A stretch of 32,945 bases of DNA. Origin: a bacterium (GTDB taxonomy: Bacteria > CLD3 > SB21). The stretch covers positions 1 to 32,945 of the forward strand of contig JABWCP010000032.1 of assembly GCA_013360215.1 (NCBI GenBank), in the 5' to 3' direction. A program made the translations under genes and the position numbers. A model generated the notes under the pieces. That model saw only the letters and a program-made list of their open reading frames with translations. It made no database searches and was not told the DNA's origin. This document shows positions 28,093 through 32,945 of this stretch, in pieces (position 1 is the first letter of the stretch; each line of letters starts with the position of its first letter).

Positions 28093-28641
28093 ATGTCTAT
28101 GCAACGCATAAAATTAGGATTAACGCTGGCGCTTCTCTCGTTTTTGATCGCATGCGAAGAAGATCCGGCAACACAAGTCGAACGCGGATGGCAATTATTT
28201 GAAAGCGGCGATTTTCTGGAAGCCCGTTCGGCATTTATGAATGCCGCGACCAGCGGAAGCACCGATGCTTACAACGGACTCGGGTGGTCTTATCTACGAC
28301 TGGATTCGATTTCGGAAGCGCGTATCGCGTTCGCTTTTGCATCATCGGATTCCAATCCGGAAATTTACGCCGGTTGGTCATCAGCCAACGTATTGTCGGA
28401 AGATTTTCAAAAGGCTCTTGAAAAATCAGCGGTCGTACTCAGGCAGGATGCTAATTTTGTTTTTTCACATGATACCGACGTGGACTATAAAGATATGATC
28501 TGGCAGCGCGCCTATTGTTATTATCATCTTGGACAATACGCCCTGAGTCTTCAGGAGATTCAAAAAATAAGCCCGGATTTCAATTCCGCCAACCCTGCGG
28601 ATATTCTGAATAAACTAGAATCCCTGTCGAACGAACTGTAA
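28093..28641 (+). CDS. TPR-containing lipoprotein
   Basis: Lipobox FLIAC; TPR-like helices (GWQLFESGDF.EA, DAYNGLGWSYLRL, AYCYYHLGQY..SL); 14 nt after the giant gene. Confidence 0.75.
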   Translation: MSMQRIKLGLTLALLSFLIACEEDPATQVERGWQLFESGDFLEARSAFMNAATSGSTDAYNGLGWSYLRLDSISEARIAFAFASSDSNPEIYAGWSSANVLSEDFQKALEKSAVVLRQDANFVFSHDTDVDYKDMIWQRAYCYYHLGQYALSLQEIQKISPDFNSANPADILNKLESLSNEL

Positions 28642-28652
28642 TATTATTTTAG

Positions 28653-28711
28653 AAACCGGTAATTTGATGCTTTGGAGATCAACCCTCGGGCCCAAATTAC
28701 CGGTTTTTTTT
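28653..28711 (+). terminator. Intrinsic terminator
   Basis: Perfect 14-bp inverted repeat AAACCGGTAATTTG (28653-28666) / CAAATTACCGGTTT (28693-28706) running into a T8 tract. Confidence 0.8.
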
Positions 28712-28757
28712 CTATGATACGCCCTATCGGCTCATTCCGCACAGATTATAAAATCCC

Positions 28758-28786
28758 TTGAAATGAAGGCTCGTTATCTTTAGTTT
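28758..28786 (+). promoter_or_regulatory. Sigma70-type promoter upstream of the half-carB gene
   Basis: TTGAAA (28758-28763), 17-nt spacer, TAGTTT (28781-28786), about 30 nt before the TTG start. Confidence 0.45.
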
Positions 28787-28815
28787 GCGCCGGTCTAACT
28801 AAAAGCAGGTACCCC

Positions 28816-30621
28816 TTGACATCTCTTGAAATATTGATCCAAAAAATCTCCCGCGCGCTTCTGATCGAAGCCAAACAAAAAGGATTTTCCGATCGTCAGT
28901 TGGCACACATCTGGGAAACGGACGAAAAAACCGTTCGCCGGTTGCGGCACGAATTGAAGGTGTTTCCCGTATACAAAACCGTAGATACCTGCGCAGCAGA
29001 ATTTGAAGCGGAGACCCCTTACTTTTATTCCACCTACGATCAGGAAACAGAAAACGCGCCGTCGGATAAAAAGAAAGTGATCATACTTGGCGGCGGACCC
29101 AACCGTATCGGACAAGGTATCGAGTTTGACTATTGTTGTGTACACGGTGTATATGCATTGCAGGAAGAAGGTTACGAAGTTATCATGGTCAACTGCAATC
29201 CGGAAACTGTAAGCACGGATTACGATACATCGGATCGTTTGTATTTTGAGCCGCTGACATTTGAAGATGTGATGAATATTATCGAATCCGAAAAGCCCGA
29301 CGGTGTGATAGTGCAGTTTGGCGGACAGACGCCGCTCAAGTTGGCCATACCTCTGATGCAAGCCGGTGTAAAAATTCTTGGTACATCACCGGAAGATATT
29401 GATGTTGCCGAAGACCGTAAAAAATTCGGCGCCTTACTCAATCGTCTAAACATCAAATGCCCGGATTACGGCACGGCGTCTTCGTTTGAAGATGCCCGCA
29501 CGATCGCCCATCGCATCGGCTACCCCGTATTAGTCCGGCCTTCGTATGTTCTCGGCGGTCGTGCTATGGAAATCGTTTATGATGATACCGCACTGGAAAA
29601 CTACATGGCACGAGCCATCAACGTGTCGCCGGAGCATCCGATTCTCGTAGATAAATTTCTGGTAGACGCGTACGAATTTGACGTGGATGCCATTTCCGAC
29701 GGAAAAACCGTAGTGATCGGCGGCATCATGCAGCATATCGAAGAAGCCGGCATTCATTCCGGTGACAGCTCCTGCGTTCTACCGCCGTATTCGGCTTCGG
29801 ACGAAGTACTGGCCAAACTGAGAGCCTACACAGTTCAGCTCGCACGCGAATTGAATGTCATCGGACTGATCAATATCCAATACGCACTCAAAGGTGAAGA
29901 AGTATATGTATTGGAAGTTAATCCGCGTGCTTCACGTACCGTACCCTTTGTCAGTAAAGCGATCGGCGTACCCTTGGCTAAACTAGCCGCGAAAGTGATG
30001 GTTGGAAAAACGTTAGAATCATTAAATTACACAAACGAAATTATTCCGCCGTTTACCTCCGTCAAAGATCCGGTCTTTCCTTTTGCCAAGTTCCCCGGTA
30101 TTCGCATGTACCTGAGCCCGGAAATGCGTTCCACCGGCGAGGTAATGGGAATTGCCGAAACTTTTCCTCAAGCCTTAGCTAAAGCGCACATTGCCGCCGG
30201 TATGCAAATGCCTACGTCGGGCGGAGTTTTTGTCACTGTCAACGACCGGGACAAATCTAAAATTTCTCTGATTGCCAAAGAATTCATGGATCTGGGATTC
30301 ACGATTTATGCCACCGAAGGCACGGGCAAAGTTCTGGAACAATCAGGCATCGAATGTAAACATGTATTCAAAATTCATGAAGGCCGGCCCAACGTCGTTG
30401 ACCGCATCAAAAACAAAGAAATTCATATCGTCATCAATACACCGACGGGCAAAGCCGCAAAATTAGACGAACGCTACATCGGCGAAGCGGCCATGCTGTA
30501 CAAAATACCGATGATCACGACTTTGCCGGGCGCTCTGGGGCTTGTCAAAGGATTGCGCGCCATCAAAGAACAAAAACTCGATGTACGCAGCATCCAAGAA
30601 CATCATATGGCGCTGGTATGA
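28816..30621 (+). CDS. carB: Carbamoyl-phosphate synthase large subunit, C-terminal section only
   Basis: 601 aa, TTG start. Begins in the oligomerisation domain ([23 protein letters not shown]), then one ATP-grasp domain ([46 protein letters not shown]) and the MGS domain. Confidence 0.92.
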   Translation: MTSLEILIQKISRALLIEAKQKGFSDRQLAHIWETDEKTVRRLRHELKVFPVYKTVDTCAAEFEAETPYFYSTYDQETENAPSDKKKVIILGGGPNRIGQGIEFDYCCVHGVYALQEEGYEVIMVNCNPETVSTDYDTSDRLYFEPLTFEDVMNIIESEKPDGVIVQFGGQTPLKLAIPLMQAGVKILGTSPEDIDVAEDRKKFGALLNRLNIKCPDYGTASSFEDARTIAHRIGYPVLVRPSYVLGGRAMEIVYDDTALENYMARAINVSPEHPILVDKFLVDAYEFDVDAISDGKTVVIGGIMQHIEEAGIHSGDSSCVLPPYSASDEVLAKLRAYTVQLARELNVIGLINIQYALKGEEVYVLEVNPRASRTVPFVSKAIGVPLAKLAAKVMVGKTLESLNYTNEIIPPFTSVKDPVFPFAKFPGIRMYLSPEMRSTGEVMGIAETFPQALAKAHIAAGMQMPTSGGVFVTVNDRDKSKISLIAKEFMDLGFTIYATEGTGKVLEQSGIECKHVFKIHEGRPNVVDRIKNKEIHIVINTPTGKAAKLDERYIGEAAMLYKIPMITTLPGALGLVKGLRAIKEQKLDVRSIQEHHMALV

Positions 30622-31019
30622 AGCCGGACTCCGGGCCGATCGTTTTTTTTGATGGGGTATGTAATTTGTGCAATCATGCTGTGGATTTTATAATCAGGCA
30701 CGACACACCGCATCGCATTCGGTATGCTTCCCTGCAAGGCGAAACGGCGGCATCACATCTACCAGCGGAAATACGATCCTCGCTTTCGACTTTGGTTTTA
30801 TTTCACAAAGAACAAATATTCACACATTCTACGGCCGTTATCAATATTGCCCGTTTGATGGGTTGGCCGTGGAATATGGCGATCGTGTTTTTTATAGTCC
30901 CACGTTTTTTGCGTGACGCACTCTATACGGTCATCGCACGCCATCGTTACCGGTGGTGGGGGCGTCGCCCAACATGCAGGATACCGTCGGTCGAAGAACG
31001 TCTATTATTTCTACCTTGA
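30618..31019 (+). CDS. DCC1-like thiol-disulfide oxidoreductase (DUF393/YuxK family)
   Basis: FDGVCNLC (DxxCxxC), ASLQ and [13 protein letters not shown]...C motifs; ATGA overlap with carB. Confidence 0.88.
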   Translation: MKPDSGPIVFFDGVCNLCNHAVDFIIRHDTPHRIRYASLQGETAASHLPAEIRSSLSTLVLFHKEQIFTHSTAVINIARLMGWPWNMAIVFFIVPRFLRDALYTVIARHRYRWWGRRPTCRIPSVEERLLFLP

Positions 31020-31026
31020 GTCATAC

Positions 31027-32103
31027 ATGCGATTTGAAGTATTACCTGCCCATAATCCTGCCGTACGTGAACGATGGAACATTTTCGCATCATCGGTTGA
31101 CGGTTCGTCCGTTTTACAAAGTTACGAATGGGGTGAGGTAAAACGCGGTTTATGGCAACCGTTTTATACGGCGGTTACTGATGAGACCGGCCAGATTATC
31201 CTTGCGGCACTGATACTCAAACGCCAAATGCCGCTTGTCGGTCGCGCCATATTTTATGCACCGCGCGGACCGCTTTTTAGAGAATTAAACGCCGCACTTC
31301 TAAAAACATTCGCCGACGGTGTCCGCGCTTTAGCTAAGAAAGAAAATGTTTTTGCATTGCGATGTGATCCTGAAATCGAAGAAACCGACACGTCGATCTT
31401 ATCTGTTTTTCAAAATGCAGGATTTTCAAGAAACCCGGAGAATATCCAACCGCGCGGTACGATTCTTCTCGATATTCGCCCCGGTGAAGACGATCTGCTC
31501 AAATCCTTTCATCACAAGACACGATACAATATCAAATTAGCGGAAAAAAAAGGCGTTACGGTTGAAGAGATGAATTCCTCCGCCGGCATTGATATCTTTT
31601 ACGATTTATTTGAGATCACCAGTGCGCGGGACAAATTTATGATACTTCGGCGTTCGTATTTCCAACACTTACATAAAACACTTTCCGATAGCAGCTTAAG
31701 TACTGTGTTTGTTGCCAAGTACGACGGTAAACCTTTAGGCGCTGTGATTTTGACTACCTTCGGAAAACGCATGGTTTATTTATACGGCGCTTCATCCAAT
31801 GAGCATCGCAACCTTATGCCTAATCATTTATTGCATTGGCGCGCGATTCTTTGGGCTAAAGAGCACGGGTTGACGACATACGATTTCTGGGGTGTTCCGG
31901 CCAATCCGACAGAAACCAGCCCGCTGTGGGGTGTGTACCGTTTTAAAAAAGGATTCAACGAAACGGAGACGCGCTGGATGGGTACGTACGAATTGGTCTT
32001 TAACCGATTTTGGTATTTTGTCTTTGAAAAAGCTACCGTGGCATTCAAAACCGCCATTCGATTTTTGAAAACCGGAAAAATAAAATCTTCGGTCGGGGAT
32101 TAA
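31027..32103 (+). CDS. FemABX-family aminoacyl-tRNA-dependent peptidyltransferase (FemX-like)
   Basis: LQSYEWGEVK, YAPRGP, KTRYNIKLAEKKGV, YLYGASS, YDFWG, GVYRFKKGF motifs; start moved to ATG 31027. Confidence 0.88.
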   Translation: MRFEVLPAHNPAVRERWNIFASSVDGSSVLQSYEWGEVKRGLWQPFYTAVTDETGQIILAALILKRQMPLVGRAIFYAPRGPLFRELNAALLKTFADGVRALAKKENVFALRCDPEIEETDTSILSVFQNAGFSRNPENIQPRGTILLDIRPGEDDLLKSFHHKTRYNIKLAEKKGVTVEEMNSSAGIDIFYDLFEITSARDKFMILRRSYFQHLHKTLSDSSLSTVFVAKYDGKPLGAVILTTFGKRMVYLYGASSNEHRNLMPNHLLHWRAILWAKEHGLTTYDFWGVPANPTETSPLWGVYRFKKGFNETETRWMGTYELVFNRFWYFVFEKATVAFKTAIRFLKTGKIKSSVGD

Positions 32104-32112
32104 AAAAACGTT

Positions 32113-32610
32113 TTATTTAACGGTGAGTTCGGAAAGTTTGGTTTGTTTGGGCTTGCGATCCGGCGATTGTTGACACTCTTCACAGATACCGAATAGATGC
32201 AAAATATGATGCGTCATTTTGAAATTATATTGACGGCAAATCACATCCTGTAATTTTTCGATCTCTTCCGATTCAAATTCGATCACGCGACCGCACGACG
32301 TACACTTCATGTGCTCATGGTGGTGGCGCCCGTAAGTATGTTCATAATACGCTTTGGTATCGCCTAACTTGGCTTTGCGTATCAATCCGCATTTTTCTAG
32401 AAGCTCTAAGGTCCGATATATCGTTGCACGCGAAGCCATGCTATTTTTTTTTCGCATCCGCATTAAGATGTCATCGGCATCAAAATGGAAATTGGTAGCG
32501 TATATCTCATCTAAGATCGCGAAACGTTCGGGCGTAGCTTTTAATGAATGCGAAATCAGGTAGGAACGAAACGCTTTGTGAATTTCGTCTTTTTTAGGTT
32601 CTTCTGTCAT
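32113..32610 (-). CDS. fur: Fur-family transcriptional regulator
   Basis: T.ER.AIL, HFDADD, SRATIYRTLELL, HHHEHMKCTSCG.VIEF and G.CEEC motifs; start moved to ATG 32610. Subfamily (Fur/PerR/Zur) not resolved. Confidence 0.88.
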   Translation of the reverse strand: MTEEPKKDEIHKAFRSYLISHSLKATPERFAILDEIYATNFHFDADDILMRMRKKNSMASRATIYRTLELLEKCGLIRKAKLGDTKAYYEHTYGRHHHEHMKCTSCGRVIEFESEEIEKLQDVICRQYNFKMTHHILHLFGICEECQQSPDRKPKQTKLSELTVK

Positions 32611-32845
32611 ATGCACGATGAATGACGCTTTCTTGTCTGATTCTCGTATCGCGTTTGATATTATACCCGTAACATACCCTTTTATAATAATTTTTCCGCA
32701 ATAGTTCAATACCGGTTCGTGGTTTTTTCCGCTTATTACTGGCTCTACAATTTTTGGATACGAGGCCTTTCAAAGCGTCATCGGGTAAAAAAATGAACGT
32801 GTTGCCGATTTTTTAAGACCCCGTGAGACGATTTTATCTTAAAAT

Positions 32846-32945
32846 TTAGGGATACTGAATAAGATCATACCCCCTTTGGCTGTTGTTTTCAAGTTTGAAT
32901 TTCCAGAGCAGGTCGAGATTGAATGTAGGAAGCGTAGCAATTTTC
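32846..32945 (-). CDS. Possible 3' end of a gene entering from the right edge
   Basis: Open frame KIATLPTFNLDLLWKFKLENNSQRGYDLIQYP* ending at 32846; no recognisable motif. Confidence 0.25.
   Translation of the reverse strand, partial: KIATLPTFNLDLLWKFKLENNSQRGYDLIQYP

Noticed and set aside
28795-29361. 188-aa minus-strand ORF
   Set aside because: Antisense to the conserved carB sequence.

Overview
Gene-dense bacterial DNA, probably from an FCB-group diderm (inference from a T9SS/FlgD-Ig type C-terminal sorting domain, a TonB-dependent receptor and sigma70-like promoters). The centre is a 14-gene minus-strand run (19474 to 6076): Rrf2 regulator, ric, cytochrome c, clade II nosZ, nosB, nosL, tryptophanase, nosD, nosF, nosY, CopD-like protein, a Cys-rich small ORF ending in FHPPRA, a YtkA/FixH-like lipoprotein and an OprC/NosA-like copper TonB receptor. 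Most notable: (i) an intact tryptophanase gene sits inside the nos maturation genes, 1 nt from the nosD start, and may supply sulfide for CuZ; (ii) a candidate copper-sensing leader/arrest peptide and a structured spacer precede a copper-uptake pair; (iii) a 21-bp candidate Rrf2 operator recurs before rrf2, ric and possibly fur. Flanks: a Cthe_2159-like lipoprotein, a DUF2339/DUF3999-like pair, a 2751-aa repeat-built secreted protein with a TPR lipoprotein, a stand-alone C-terminal half of CarB, a DCC1-like oxidoreductase, a FemABX-family transferase and a Fur-family regulator. No rRNA, tRNA, CRISPR or mobile element was seen. Family calls come from motif recognition by eye, not database searches.
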